Assembly: GCA_964016885.1 (NCBI GenBank)
Contig: OZ024745.1
Location: 124,930,001 to 124,994,000 of the forward strand
Direction: 5' to 3'
DNA: 64,000 nt
Origin: Eledone cirrhosa
Taxonomy: Eukaryota
The notes under the pieces were generated by a model. That model saw only the letters and a list, made by a program, of their open reading frames with translations, was not told where the DNA came from and searched no databases. The translations under genes and the position numbers were made by a program. Positions 29,265-44,670 of this stretch are shown one piece after another. The first letter of the stretch is position 1. Each line of letters opens with the position of its first letter.

Positions 29265-29495
29265 TAAAGCCCGGGCAAACATCCCCTCAATTTTAGAACC
29301 GTCTGGGTTGTCCTGAATTGATGGGAAAAGACTTGACGGTCTTACTCTGTGCTCCTGGTCAAGAGGCAGGTGCCTTACCTGGGATGTCACAGTTAGTAAC
29401 TCTTTTGCTTCTTCCCATATTCTGGATGCAGCGGTAAGGGCGAGAGCTACAGCATCCGCAGCTGAATGGAACAGGATCCTAGAATACCGTGTTCA
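29265..29495 (+). pseudogene. CRE-like non-LTR retrotransposon restriction-like endonuclease fragment
   Basis: IPSILEPSGLS*IDGKRLDGLTLCSWSRGRCLTWDVTVSNSFASSH...ATASAAE matches the EP.GL...DGKRPDG.TL.PW..G..L.WD.T pattern of CRE RLE domains. Confidence 0.75.
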
Positions 29496-30639
29496 GTTAG
29501 CTAACTACATTATCCACCCTGTGGCGTTTTATAAGTCTGTGTTTTCGCGATTATAGTTATATACTTATAATAGTTATATACTCATGTATGTATGTGCACA
29601 ATCATACGCGTCTGCGTGTACAAAATCATAATCACTCTATCACTCTCTATCTCTCTCATCACAAACTCTCCCTTTCTATATATTTGGTAGTTGAAGTGGT
29701 GGTGGTGGTGGTGGCGACGATATACCGGAAGTGTAGAAATGTGAAACTTTGATAAGTAGTCAATTTTAAATTATTTATGTTTACGAAATTTAGTTACGAA
29801 ATTTAGTACATAGATTATGAAATATTCATTTATTATTTATTCAAAGTGATCCAACTTATTTTACTAACTGGATTAAAAGAAATAAACCGGACGCAGTTCC
29901 GCAGTTCTTACTTTAGTATAGTTTAGATAACTCAGTACTAATTGCCTAAAACATATCTTGTTTAAAAGATATAGTGGGTGTGTGTGTGAATGTGTGTATG
30001 AATGTGTGTGTTTGTGCGTGTGTATGTTTTAAAAACACAGACTTAATTGAATTATTGAGTGCGTGAGAAAACGACCAAAGCTGTGTCAATTCTATTCGAT
30101 AGATTCGTTCAATTATTTTAAACTCCCATTAGATTAACCTACATTCATTTTATAAGTTGAACACTTTTATAGTGTTTATTATAGTTTAATTTATTGATTA
30201 ATACTTTGCAACTAACTCTTTGCTTTCTGTGGTCGAGTGATTCTTGACTTGTTGGGGGTTTTTTTTCAATTTGAAATAATGCTTTCTTTCTTTCTTTATT
30301 TATTTATTGTTTATTTTTTTATTTTTTTATTTATTGTTTATTTATTTATTTAATTTTTCAATTTGAAATAATGGCAACGTTTGCACTGAGAATGATCAAG
30401 AGTGGCTTACCTCATTTTTGGCTTCATGTCACCTGTCAAAGGAAGTCGATGTTACTGCTGCACTAGCCGATGACAATCGGAGTGGTGATGGTGAATAGTA
30501 AATCGGAACCCTCCATTACAGTGAACCAAATCCCCGCTGAATACGCAACCCTAGCCATTAACGTAATGTGTTTTAACATTAACTAACTCCTGCGCGAATC
30601 GGACTGACGTTATCTGATGATGTCGAAGAAACTAATGAA

Positions 30640-31239
30640 TTGGTCTCCTGCCGGAAAATCTAATTTTCCACCCACACTTATAAGTGTGCACTCTAACTTT
30701 TCTTGGGTTTGTGTCTCAATAACGCAGACTTAATTAAATTACTGAATGTGGGAGAACAAGTCCGAAGCTCAATTAGTCGTATTCGATAACTTTGTTTCAA
30801 TATATTGTGCTCTCGACATTGGTTTACGCGAGCGAAATCTGGAAGAGCACGGCAAAGATAGAGATATAGCTGAATGCGATCCACTAGCCGTGCATGTGAA
30901 TGATCCTTTGTGTGTCCTGGCGCGTCCGAATGCGAAACTAGGAAATCCTGTGGAGGGCTGAGTCACGGACGCTGCAGAGGGAGATCACCGCCGAGTGGGG
31001 CCGCCTGGAAGGCCATATTCTGCGTCTGCCCAACGAACGACATTCGAAAACAGCGATGAACTGAACCTCACCTGGCGGCAAACGGGAGCGGATTTGCCCC
31101 AGGATCACCTGGCGACGATCGTTCCAAAACTACCTGATGGCAGCCAGCATCACTTGGCACAGAGCGTGAAACACCCGCCACTGATCGTGACGGCTGTTCG
31201 ATGCGCCGAAAGCCGCGAAAATACCTAAGAATAAGACTA

Positions 31240-31240
<1 letters not shown>
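30640..31240 (+). pseudogene. RTE LINE 3' fragment (GC-rich subfamily)
   Basis: GHILRLPNERHSKTAMN*TSPGGKRERICPRITWRRSFQ...ITW, i.e. an RTE C-terminal GHILR...W.P.GKR..GRP..TW motif. Ends in taagaataagactaa. Confidence 0.7.
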
Positions 31241-31282
<42 letters not shown>

Positions 31283-31293
<11 letters not shown>

Positions 31294-31572
31294 AGAACAA
31301 AAGATGATTAAAAGAGTTCCATGTATTTTATTATGCGCATTTCAAAAACAAATATCATCATGCAATAATATTTGTGTTTTCATCTGATGAAAACACAAAT
31401 ATTATTGCATGATGATATTTGTTTTTGAAATGCGCATAATAAAATACATGGAACTCTTTTAATCATCTTTTGTTCTTATATATTATATATACTCCAGTCC
31501 TACAAACTGTAGAGTGCTTCTTATCCGATATCTGCATTGCTTTATTGTACTACAATAAAACTCACCTCCTAC
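31283..31572 (+). mobile_element. Perfect fold-back PLE end, family O, with hammerhead at 31382-31440
   Basis: ~100-bp perfect arms centred at catctgatg. CTGATGA-long stem II-GAAA-TGCGCA-TA^; tail 31486-31572. Confidence 0.75.
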
Positions 31573-31587
31573 ATATATATATATATA

Positions 31588-31696
31588 TAGTGGTGGAACA
31601 GTGGAAAGTAATATCCGTAGTGGTAGAGCACTCAGTCCATGGGACGAGTTAGCTAGACGTGGTTACACAACAGTGAACTAACTGTTGTGTAACCAC

Positions 31697-31701
<5 letters not shown>
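31588..31701 (-). mobile_element. Miniature fold-back end plus tail, family M
   Basis: Hairpin gtggttacacaacagt...actgttgtgtaaccac, plus a tail matching 52785-52840. Confidence 0.7.
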
Positions 31702-31760
<59 letters not shown>

Positions 31761-32784
31761 TTTAAATAATCCTATTTATATACATATGGAATCAGCTTGT
31801 ATTTACATTTATTGTTTTTGTGTACAGTCACAGAACAATCGCCTAGGCGTGTTACAATTTTGTGTTGGGATATCAACTATAAATAGGTATTCTTTTTAAT
31901 TGTTCACGAAGCAACTGCTTCTAAACTTTCTTTAATGGATACATAAGTAAATTGTTCAGACCGATTGTTTTATAAAATGAACTGGTTTAAACGAGCATTA
32001 CATAAATCCGATTAATTGCCAGTGTTGCGTTATATATGCACATCTTACTATCTAATTTACGTAGTCTCGTCGTGGCTATGGGATTAAAAACAATGATTTC
32101 CTGGGACAATTAAATAAGGGGCTCGTTTATTTTTAAGAATCAACCCAGAAAATTAATACTATCTGGACTTTTCTCACAGGCTGTGTATACTTTTATATAA
32201 ATTTGATTTTTTGTCAGTTTCGGTGATAAACCCTCAGTTGTTCAATCGATTGAGCATTCACCTTTTAAATCAAGAGGTACATGGGTGAGTATTCAACAAG
32301 CACCTATCCCATGAATGTAATCCCTAACATGAATTAACCTGACACGGAGGGACATCAGGATTCTATATTGTTTCTCTCAAAAGGTTGGAATCAATACGAG
32401 TCTATGTTAATGACACTTGTCCATTATGTCATACAACGGGCTCAACTCCACAACTTCATATATATATATATGATGGTATATTAAGCAGCTGAAACATAGG
32501 ATGGATGCATATCTATGCAGGTAATATCAACACAGCGTGATGTGTATATAATGATACGCATTGCATTTATAGAATGTAAACATGCCGAATCTATGTATTT
32601 CTCTGTGCAATTGCACAGACGCGATGAGTATCCTGTTCTGAAACATATTAAAGTCTCATCAGAGGATAGCTACATCTCCAAACAATCAAAAAGACATACG
32701 TACGTATCTGATGGTCTTATGAATCCCACCTATGCAAAGTAACAATGAAATAAAGGTATTAATTACTAAAATATTAATCTATAT

Positions 32785-33229
32785 GGAGGCACATGGCTCA
32801 GTGGTTAGAGCATTGGGCTTGCAATCGAAATGTTATGAGTTGAATTCTCAGACCGGGTGATGTGTTGTTTCCTTGAGCAAGACACTTTATTTCACATTGC
32901 TCCAGTTTACTCAGCTGTAGAAATGAGATGATAGGGACCCCAGTCCCAATCATTCCACTGCAAAGTGGTCCTGGAGGTGCCACGGCAAAAAAGCACCCAA
33001 CACTCACTGTAAAATGGTTGTGGAGGTGCCATGTCAAAAAAGCACCCAGCCCACACTGTAAAGTGGTTGTGGAGGTGCCACGGAAAAAAGCACCCAGCAC
33101 TCACTGTAAATGAGGTTGGTGTTAGGAAGGGCATCCAGCTGTAGAAATCAAGCCATAATCAGTTCCCATCCCACCCTTGCAAGCAGAGAAAAGCGGACGT
33201 AAAACGATGATGATGATGATGATGATGAT
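32785..33229 (+). mobile_element. tRNA-derived SINE (composite) with internal ~43-bp triple repeat and (GAT)n RTE-type tail
   Basis: A-box tggctcagtggttagagc and B-box-like gttgaattct; three copies of tggaggtgccacgg..aaaaagcacccagcac.cactgtaaa; tail ggacgtaaaacgatgatgatg. Confidence 0.8.
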
Positions 33230-35787
33230 TTTGGTAGTTAATTTTATTACAGAATATATCGTCCTCTGATATAATTTATCAGAAATATATATATTTCGTT
33301 AACCTGTGAATGCCTCTCTATTCATATATAGAGAGGACTACTATTAAAACATATTGGCTTGTTCTTTTAAACAATTGGTTGTGTTCCAAGCGCATTATGC
33401 CTCATTCTATATAGTGATATGCATGTTTTCCATATTTTTTCCTGAAAGAAAGCAATTCACATATAACAGCTTAAAAACTCACAATATAATACAATTAAAC
33501 ATTTTGCAGAAATCAAATTACACCCACACACACAGAAACATCTATACACACGTACACATATGGAAATATATATATATACATGCATATATTAATGTGTGTG
33601 TATATATATAAACACATATATATTTACAACTTCTACTGATTTATGACGTATTTTCTCTTCTTTTTTCTATCACTGACATTAATTCAAAGAATATCTCGGA
33701 AAATAAAACACTTACAAATAATTACATACATTGTAATATTTAATATTGCGTACAACATCAATAGAATCAATCTAACTAAAACCCATCACTGTATGATATA
33801 TATGTTAAAGACAGTCTATATATTTCGCAATGGCCTAACTATACTTTTCAAATTCAAAATGTTGCTCCGGTTCAAATTTAAGTAGATGAATATTCATTGT
33901 GTGCATATTATAGCTCTACTAAAGCAATTTGACCAAGTCTTTCAGGTGGTTGTTGTCAGTCTCACTAATATGAATGCAGTGTTAACCTGAAATAGCACAT
34001 TGTATCCCGAATGATAATGCGAAAGGCGCGTACTTGTGTATAGGTATTTTATAAATGGGAGAGTGTACATACATTTATAGATAGGAATATATGTAATGCA
34101 ATTTGATTTTATAACAGAACAATAGCATCTTTATTATTAAACATTACTCATGATGGTCATCACGAGATAAATAAATTAGAAGTTTATACACTTGAAAGAC
34201 TATATTGACAAACATTTTTGAACAGGGACACCACGACATCACGTATGAAAAGAAAATATCTCCATTGAAGAAAATGATATTAGGAATTTCATTATGTTAA
34301 GTACCAGCATAAGAAAGATAGTAAACTATTAATCCCATATGACCAACCGAGATAGTTGTCTTTTTCCGAAGTATTGTGGGCTATTATGCATACCAAATAG
34401 CGCCTAAAACGTAATGTCCCACAGTATACATAAGATGGAATTGGATTGAAATTCAGATTAGGGCAGTGGAGATTAAAGTATTCAGACAACAGGATGTATG
34501 ATAGGTGAAATATTTCTCATGAATAAATTGTCATCATACGTCTATTAAAAGGGTGTAAGTAATACATGTACAAAAACAAACCAGATAACGAAGAGTAGAT
34601 GTGCGTCTTACTGGGCATATTTAAACGCATAGTTTATACAACCTTATCATATCACTAGATATTCCATTTTGCTACAAACAATATGTTATAGGAACAGCAT
34701 TGTACAAAATGCAAACAGAAAGACAGACGAATATATAATAACAAAATAATATATTCCGTTGATAAATTGAATTTCCGTATGTCCATAGAGATTGAATAGA
34801 GCATAGTGCTTACTAATTCTTTATTAGAAAAGGATGACTGAGGGATGAGATGTAGTACACCGTATGATAGTAAACGAACACGAATTTAAGAGTCAAATGA
34901 TAAAATACTAAAAACATAATATAAACATGTACTTTGTTCGAGGCAAAGAAAAGTATAATAAATTATATGAAATTAAAATTGTGGAGGTGTCATTCGTGTA
35001 TGTTCCCGAGGCGTTAAATGCTCAAACCTATAACTGTGTAACGAAACTGCAAAATATATATTATATATAAAGCAAATGTTTAATTTCTATCCTACAGGTT
35101 GTCTCAACAGACCTACATCTGTCGTGATCTGATGGATATTGTTAAATTCAGTATGAATTATTTATTGCAGTGAAAATCTGGTACAATGTTTAAGAAGGCT
35201 ACGTGTTAATGCAAATCATGATAAAGATACGTAAAGATAGTTTGAATTCTTAAGCTAAGGAGATTTCAGTATGAATACAAACTTGCTTTCAGTAGGGAAA
35301 CAGTTTAGCAACAGACAAAATGAACTCCAACATGGGAAATGAATATACATCTAGGCATTCTGAAATAAAATGCCATTTATATATTTCACAAAACAGATTT
35401 CCCAGATATCAATGGTTGGGAAATCTATAGTTTGGAGAGGAAAAACCCGAGGGCATCATTATTTTATTAGTGCATACAAACAGCAATCCCAAAAAGCAAT
35501 CACCTGATAAGAGAATATCTTGATGTGCCTGAGGAAAGTAGATGAGTAACCAAGAAAGAGAACTAGTACTTCATTAAACTATTTAGTTAAAATACTAGAT
35601 AATTTAATTGATTTGGCTGCTATGGTATATATATATCGGGAAACGGAGGAGGGAGAGAAGGAAAATAGAAGGGAAAGGAGAAAAGAAAATACGGCGAAAA
35701 AAAAAAAAATGAAAGAAAACAACAAACCGAAGAATGTGCAGTAAATAGAGAGAGAATCCAAGATCATATATATACATATATATATAT

Positions 35788-35927
<140 letters not shown>

Positions 35928-38879
35928 TATATACATATATACACATGTTAGTTGGATTGAACCCAGGTTTCTGTCGGTCGAATAAGCAAGCCTGGACCAA
36001 CAAACGGTCTATGAGAGATGGAGCAGTGGGTGACACTGTTACCTCTCAGCAAAACTCTCAGAACACACCAATAGACTGAGAACAAATGCCTCCTCTAAAA
36101 AAGCCTATATATCGCAGATATGAAAAAACTATTAAATTGATAACTGACGCAAATAAAACCACCAACAATCTTCAGATTGAACAGATGCAATAAACGCCAT
36201 CACCCCACATCGTCTTCCGCACTAGCATTGAGGCTTCGGGTAGAGGGGGCCTGTGACCTGTATTGGGTATCGTGTGATGGACGCACAAGGTTTGTATATC
36301 CTCAGATTCTAAAGAGGTTCCAGAAGGGAGCAAATCATAACAACATATAGTGAAGGAGTCCCAACATAGGTTGTAATCGGTGGTAGCTATATTTCAGACC
36401 TGATGCAGCAGAGCAATGTTAAAATGCATTTTACACGTGATCAATACATCTTATATGCAACGAGAATGTGTTTAGAATGCGTAGAAAACAGAATTTAGGA
36501 GAGGTTTCACCTTAAATCATGCACTGATCTAAACAATGAACTATAACGATCTAGGTAGTGATTTAGTGCCAATACAACCTATTGGCAATGTTTTCTATAT
36601 ACTTTCTATGTTCATTGTTTTGTTTTCTCTGTGGAGTACCTAATCCTCTTAAATATAGATCTGTAATGAAGGAGAATATTTCTCGTCAAACGTATGAGGT
36701 GAATGTTGGCGTTTTATACTAGTTTCATCAATTGAATCAAATATTTCATCTTTAAATTTGAAGTAGAAAAATGTTATTATCAGCATAAGATTGAAAATTA
36801 TGAAGGGAGGGGAGCATCCGTTAAACTGACCCTGGATGGATGAAAGTAGAGGCTTAATTTGGCTGGATTTAAACTCAAAATGGTCTGAGCCACCATAAAA
36901 TGCAATGGAGATTATTGTCCGTCGCTCTAATGTTTCTATCAATTCACCATCGATGTGAAACCAAATATTGTTTCTACATATCTGTTTAAATATTTGAGCA
37001 TCTGTTACAACTAAAGAGGTTTTGGTTAAAAGGGGGAAATTGATACTGAATACTATCACCATCGTTATCAGCACTAGCATCATCATTCTTATAATCACTT
37101 GTTTCTACATCAATCATTACTACGATGACAATCACTGATATTTGTTTTCAAATTCGAATGAATTAAGCATTTTTGCCAACTTGTATTCTTCTATTTTGAT
37201 CTAGTTTTTCATTTATCGTTTCATGACTACTTTATGATACTCTAATAACATTTTCTCTCATCAAATGTTAATGCAACTAAGAGACGTGTAATACTTCAAC
37301 CCTAACAGTTATGATTTTTCAGAATATTTGAGAATACTGTTTCGAAAAACGATAGTTTGTAATTTAGTAGATTTATAGAAAAATGCCACAAGATTAATTA
37401 AAAGTTCATATATTACCAATCCAGAAATGTTTGCTGATAACTGATAAAGAAGACTGAGATTAGCAATCTCTATTGAGATCTATTAGGAAATTACAGGTCA
37501 GTTCTGCCTCATTAGAGAAACTGATAAATCATTTATAATAAAGGAAGAACATAATCCTACAGCCTCATATCTAAGAGGATTGAATAATCATATAGAGATT
37601 AACATCTAATGGTTGTGGAGATATTATTTCTCGTGTTTACAGAGTGAAGCAAAACATAATTCCTCTAGAGAATAGCATGAATATCATAACTAAGAAGATT
37701 AAGGAGAGTTTAATGGACATGGTAACTGGCAGGCATGCCAACCGGTTTGTAATTGAACCTGAGACATTTTTAACAAGATGCTTAATACCACAGCTAGTGT
37801 ACATGTGTCAAAATTCCTTTCATTTAAAAGCCAGCGGCAGACTAGCTACTAAAATTCTGAACATATAAGCTAATATTTGCATCAATATTTAATTACATTT
37901 CATTGAACTTGACAGTCCTCAATTTTCATAGAATACTGATGATTCTCATGTTTACGATTGGCACTTACATTAAGTAGCTATCTTTATAGATAGAAACTAA
38001 ATTTAAGGAATGATGAAACATTTATTTTGTGATTACTATACAACTCTAAATCTTAGTCTTCATCCTCATCCTCAACATGCTTGACCTTGGTGAAACATCA
38101 TTCAAATCATTGTCATTAATGTAGTTCTGAGTACGTACATCCTCATTATTATCATGACTCATTTAATGATAATTATTTTCTTCATAATTGGTCCCTTATT
38201 ATTTTGGGAGTAGGTGTTTCCTTTCTATGAAACAATTTTCGTCAAAGGAGTATTATATTACTCAACATTGATTCTAAATAATAAATATAATTAGACACAT
38301 GGCTAAACAGAAATTCATGCATATGAAACTACACTACATAATTCCATTAAACAAATCTCAATTGCAAGAGATATTACAAGAAAACGAATACATTCCACAA
38401 TTATATTTTATAAAACGTATATACATAAATAACTTTTTTTCTGTTTTATGTATATTTTACTCTTAAAAACTTAGTGTCAGACTCCTACAACTTTAGTTTA
38501 TCTGTTCCTACACCGAACACAGTTGTGAAAATTGGGTAACACATATTAGACACTAGAGAGCAGTGTTTAGTTAAATTTAACATTAAAAAGGCAACATAAA
38601 AAATAAAATAACAAATATAGGTTCATTGAATTACATTGGAACTGTTACATTCCTTGAGATCCAACACACTCATAATACACCTGCTTTGACTGAAACTTAG
38701 CTTGACGCAGTTATCATGCCTTACATTCTTTTTACAAGCATGCTACCGTATCGAGCGTTTTTATTATAGAAAATTTGATTATACAATCTTTACCGTCGTG
38801 AAATTGGCAACGTCACACTGAAACAATGCCTTATTCAGTGGAGTTCCACTTATATGTATAGTGCACTGTACAGGTTTCT

Positions 38880-39500
38880 TTGAAACGAGGGGAGTGTCAG
38901 TCTTCGCAGTAATGATTTTCATTGCTGCCGAGTACGACTCGACAGGAAACATATCAAAACTATGTCAGAAATTAGCATCTGACAGGCTAAATAATAACAT
39001 GTTTGCAGATTCCACCGTCTAATCATACCCGCTCCAGTTGCTGATACCACTTCCAACTCCGCTCTGGGTATCAATCCTGTTCACGAAGGTTACGAACACG
39101 AGTGGTGACAGTATGCGCCTTTTTTTTAGTCTGATATCGATATTGAGTGGTTTCGACGTCGCCCCATTTAGTTGAAAACAAATAATAAATCGTTAATATA
39201 GCAACTTCAAGGCATCAAGAAAATGTCCATCGATCCTTCCACAACAATTTCCCTGAAACGTGCTCATAGGCCCTTTCAAGGTATATGAGACAAACATAAA
39301 CATCTTGGCAATACGTTCACCATTTCTCTAAGATCTGTCACAGTGAGAATATTTGGTCGGCTGTATTGTATCCGGTGTGAAAACAATACTCTTTGAATGC
39401 TAGCTTGGATTCAGCACTCTCCCTATATATTTACCAGACCGATAGCACGAACCTTACTGGGGAGCTTTAACAAGGCGTTCTTTCTGTAAATATTAGGCTG
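38880..39500 (-). pseudogene. Decayed RTE RT core fragment
   Basis: Minus VYVCLIYLERAYEHVSGKLLWK and ILSPLVFVTFVNRI, resembling DLEKAYDRV and LSPLLF..FMDRI. Confidence 0.6.
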
Positions 39501-40339
39501 AACAGACTATTTACTCAATGAAATCATAACCAGAACAGAACGACTTCCAGAGTGGAAGACCCAACGCTAATAGAAATGATATAATATATATACAATAATA
39601 CGATGACGGCATTTCATGGGACAAAAGAACAGGGTATATTATAAAGAGAAAGATTTGAAATGGACTAAGGATTATTATATACGAGAAGAAGTGCGAACAT
39701 TGATTAGGATTTTGATTAGGTAGTACCATATGTTCTGATACTAGAGATACATTCTATTGTAGTGTTTGTAGAAATGTGTGAATGAAGAAACACTATTGGT
39801 TAGTGACTGTAATGTACAAGGAATTAGATTATTTTTATAGTTTTATAACAGGTTTTCCATTAAATTTGCAACAGAAATGATACATAAACAACACAAAATA
39901 CAATGTCGCAACCGTAAGAAACGTATAAACAGGCTTTTGTGGGATATAGGTGTGTGCCGTTGTTAGGTATCATCATAAATGTTAATGGAGCTGGTAGAGC
40001 AAATTGGCAGCCATGTTTCAAGGGATGTTAAAAAATAATTAAGGGCGCACTGATAGTTGTGATATGCATGTTGTCCCACGAGGAGAAGGAATATGCTGAA
40101 TATTGTGATATTTTTAAAGGAGGAAGTTATTATATTGATGGCGATTGTGTTTGTGATTGAGGGAGCAGTAATAATCATGATAAAATATCATAAACCATGA
40201 TATATGAGCCATCTAACGTAAGATTCGTCTATAAAAAATGTAAATGAAATAGGATGCTTCCTGTCATTATTATGATATAATGATGGTAAACACCTGAATA
40301 TTGATAAAAGCGAGCAGGGGGTCGATGAAAAAGGGAATT

Positions 40340-40500
40340 GCGACAAGTGCAATAATGATGACAACATTAATGAGGATAATGATGGTTGCGGTGGCTAAGG
40401 TGATGACGACGGTGATGAACGTTATGGCGATGATGATGATGATGATGATGATGGCTATGATGATCAAGATGATGATGACAATGATGAACACGAGGTGATA
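40340..40500. repeat. (GAT)n-rich low-complexity tract
   Basis: Imperfect gatgatgat repeats. Confidence 0.8.
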
Positions 40501-40619
40501 AAAAGAGGCACAATGCATCAATATGTATTTTTACCGAATTTCCTTACACGCACTCTGACACATGGCACACTCACACACGTACACGGAATACACACCCTAT
40601 ATATATATATATACACATA

Positions 40620-40743
<124 letters not shown>

Positions 40744-40826
40744 CATATATACATATATATATATATAATATATATATACATATATATATATATATACATA
40801 CATATATGTATATGCATATATATCTG

Positions 40827-40877
<51 letters not shown>

Positions 40878-40888
40878 ACATATGTATA

Positions 40889-40945
<57 letters not shown>

Positions 40946-41108
40946 GTATATATATATTCATACATATATGTATATAGATATAGATATATAGATATATACA
41001 TATATATACATATATATACATATATATATACTTATATATATACATATATATACATATATGTAATTAATATATATGGTTTTATAAATATAGTTTCCATTTG
41101 TTAATATC

Positions 41109-41224
<116 letters not shown>

Positions 41225-41334
41225 ATATATATATATATATATCCATATATATATATACAGATAAAATATAGAGTTATTAAATCATATTGATACCCTGCAA
41301 TTAACAAGCTCGACGTATAAATACTGACCATTAT

Positions 41335-41465
41335 GTCCCTTTACAATCTGAGTTCAAATCCCGCCGAGGTTGACTTTGCCTTTCATCCTTACGGGGTCGA
41401 TAAAATAAAGTACCAGTAATGTACTGGGTAATTGCTGGCCTTGTGCCAAAAGTAGAAACAATTAT
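41335..41465 (+). mobile_element. SINE (Meta-domain-like), 5'-truncated
   Basis: gagttcaaatcccgccgaggttgactttgcctttcatccttacggggtcgataaaataaagtaccag. Confidence 0.85.
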
Positions 41466-41849
41466 AAACATAATATATGTAGAAATAAACCCATTAAATT
41501 CTGCGTCTAAAATTACCACACATGTTTTCTATATAAACTGAAGCATAGAGTAAGATACAAGATTTCCTATACATACTGTATCAATAACGATTTCATCTCT
41601 CGGACAGGCTAAAGATTTAATCTGTTTCGCCCGGAAAATTGTGTTTGTAACAGATAATCTTTAGGTATTTCATCAGCGAGAGATAAGATTAAATCAAACA
41701 AAACACATCTAACAAGCAAGAACTAATGGAAGTAAATAATGCACCTCGTGGGTTGAAAGCTATACGTGGTGTGAGTGGTTATGCTAGAAATAATAGCCTT
41801 ATTACACTCATCTTATAAGCTCACCTAGATAGGGAGCCGAAATACAAAT

Positions 41850-41887
<38 letters not shown>

Positions 41888-41916
41888 AATATATATATTT
41901 ATGTTTATATATATGT

Positions 41917-42072
<156 letters not shown>

Positions 42073-42111
42073 GATATTAACAAATGGAAACTATATTTAT
42101 AAAACCATATT

Positions 42112-42176
42112 TATTTTATTATACATATTTCAAGGATACCATGTTAAATTATGGTATGCCTTCATCAGACAAAATA
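42112..42176 (-). ncRNA. Type I hammerhead (family E)
   Basis: TATTTTGT-CTGATGA-AGGCATACCATAATTTAACATGGTATCCTT-GAAA-TATGTA-TA^-ATAAAATA. Confidence 0.8.
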
Positions 42177-43725
42177 CAATATATACCAGTTTTATAAATA
42201 AACATTGACGTACCCTTTCAAAATGCAACCGTTACTTTTGGAAGACATCAGGATAGTGGGTTTGTTTATTTTAGTAAGTCGTTGTGTTAAGGAGAAGCAA
42301 AAAGACGGAGAGAGAGAGAAACCGAGAGAGAGAAAAGTGGAGAAAGAAAGGGAGAGATAAATAAAGAAAAAGAAGAAAGGAAAAAGAAAAAAAGAAAACA
42401 GAGAAAAACAACAGAGAGATATCAAACCACCAGACAGAGAGAAAAAATCAAGAGAGAGAAATATAGAGATAGAGAGAGGGGGAGAGAACGAAAACCTTAA
42501 GTCATGTCATATTAAGTTGAGTTAACAATTGAGATGAAACGCATAAATAGAATTAGAAATATTAATATTCATGAATGATATGAGAAATTAATCATTGTTT
42601 AACTATGATTAGATATTTAGTTTAAAAATTGAGATCAATATATTAAAAATTGGAATTTAAACATTACGAAATATATATATTGCTAGAGAAATTACCTATC
42701 ATATACGCAATATACCTAAATATATATATACACACACTCAGAAAATACACATTATATCTACTCCCGCATGTAATATATACATACAAAGCATAAATGAGTT
42801 TTTTTATTACTGCTATACATCCCTTGTGTTATTAAATAAACATGTTTAGTATATATTTATAAATATATAGGATTAACTTTCATGCATTTATGGCTGTTAA
42901 ATTATGCATATCTGCAATCAAATTGCATGGGTACACAAGTACATGTACACACACAATTCTTACATATACATATATAAACATGTGTGTGCATCTTCACCCA
43001 ATTGGTAGACACGCGTCACTCATGCATATATACAGACAGACATATAATCATAAAAATGCATATAACACATGTATATGTATGTTAATACACACACATACAT
43101 ATTCGTATAGAGATAAGTATACATCAATATATTACATAGTACAATTGAGTATATAAAATACAAAAGGATTATATTTTGGAAATATAATTATATCAATATA
43201 ACTTAAAAACAAAAGAATTCTACAAATATCAAAATATTAAAATATTTAAAAATATTATAGAATATTTTAAGTTAAAATAATATGTTTAATAGATTTAGTA
43301 TAGAAATTTATCTTACGTATATTTTACTCAAGATATTGAAAGGATAAACTTTTGAAAATTAGGAGAAGCTCTCAGAATAAAAACAAACCTAATAAAAAAT
43401 AAATAAAATATTATATCAATATAACTTAAAAAAACAAAAGAATTCTACAAATATCAAAATATTAAAATATTTTAAAATATTATAGAATATTTTAGGTTAA
43501 AATAATATGTTTAATATATTTAGTATAGAAATTTATCTTACGTATATTTTACTCAAGATATTGAAAGGATAAACTTTTCTAGAATAGTTTATTATATTTA
43601 TATTTATATATAGGAAGAAAATTTATTTATACTTGAGTACTTAACCAAAGAAAATGAAAAAGGTGAAGGAATTAATGATTTATCAACAGGTTTCATATAT
43701 TAATCAAATTACTTAATTAATTATA

Positions 43726-43985
43726 CTACATTTTAAATTTATATTTATATTTAAACGTTGAGTTCAATCTATGTCTGCAGCAACTGAATAAATTATTCCT
43801 TAAATTAAGGGAATTTTTGGTCTTTAATATAAAGAATATTTCCTCTATACAAAGATCGCAATTTTCTGAAGAGGAATTAAAAGGAGTAGCTTTTGAAATA
43901 ATATTCCAAATCAGCGAATATTCAACATTATCTCGTTTTAGGTCCGATAATAGGCCAGATAGCGAAGTTGAAGATTTTTTATAAT
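43726..43985 (-). pseudogene. GIY-YIG C-terminal fragment with CxxC...CxH motif
   Basis: STSLSGLLSDLKRDNVEYSLIWNIISKATPF...CDLCIEE...LNLRNNLFSCCRHR. Confidence 0.8.
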
Positions 43986-44120
43986 AAAATAAATATGGTT
44001 TTATAAAAATAGTTTCCATTTGTTAATATCGTATATTTACTCCAAATACTTGTCGAGTGCTTTATATCAGTTATAACATATTTGCTTGTTGTATCCCAAC
44101 AATTTAAATAGAACTTTTAC

Positions 44121-44152
<32 letters not shown>

Positions 44153-44480
44153 GTAAAAGTTCTATTTAAATTGTTGGGATACAATATATATATATACTTA
44201 CATACGTAAGTATATATATATATTTACATCTATATGTATCTACATATATAAAACAGATACATTTCTTATATGATGTCCCAAATCAATAGGAAAGGCCTTT
44301 TTTATTATCTATTTAAGGCCTATAGATATAATCCACCTGTAGTTTGATGATAGTATGTTAAACCATGAGGCAATACTGAGAACAAATTCATCAATAACAA
44401 AAAGAGAAACAGAAATAATAAATATGTTACACACGAAACAAAATACACGAATATACATGTTTTTATACACACGCACAAAT

Positions 44481-44554
<74 letters not shown>

Positions 44555-44639
44555 ATGTATATATATATATGTGTATATATATATGTATATATGTATATAT
44601 ATATATATATATATCTGTGTATGTGTGTGTATATATGTA

Positions 44640-44670
<31 letters not shown>

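Larger units (their letters stand above)
28307..29927 (-). mobile_element. Probable non-autonomous Helitron
   Basis: The minus strand begins A|TCTAAACTATACTAAAG and ends with the hairpin ccgtcctatagggcgg + tttttctg + CTAG|T. No TSD. Confidence 0.55.

Noticed and set aside
35098-35150. Possible exon (cctacag ... gtatga; LSQQTYICRDLMDIVKF)
   Set aside because: Unrecognised peptide; cannot be supported from sequence alone.
36649-37098. 149-aa minus-strand ORF
   Set aside because: No recognisable domain, and it begins in a low-complexity (ATC)-rich tract.
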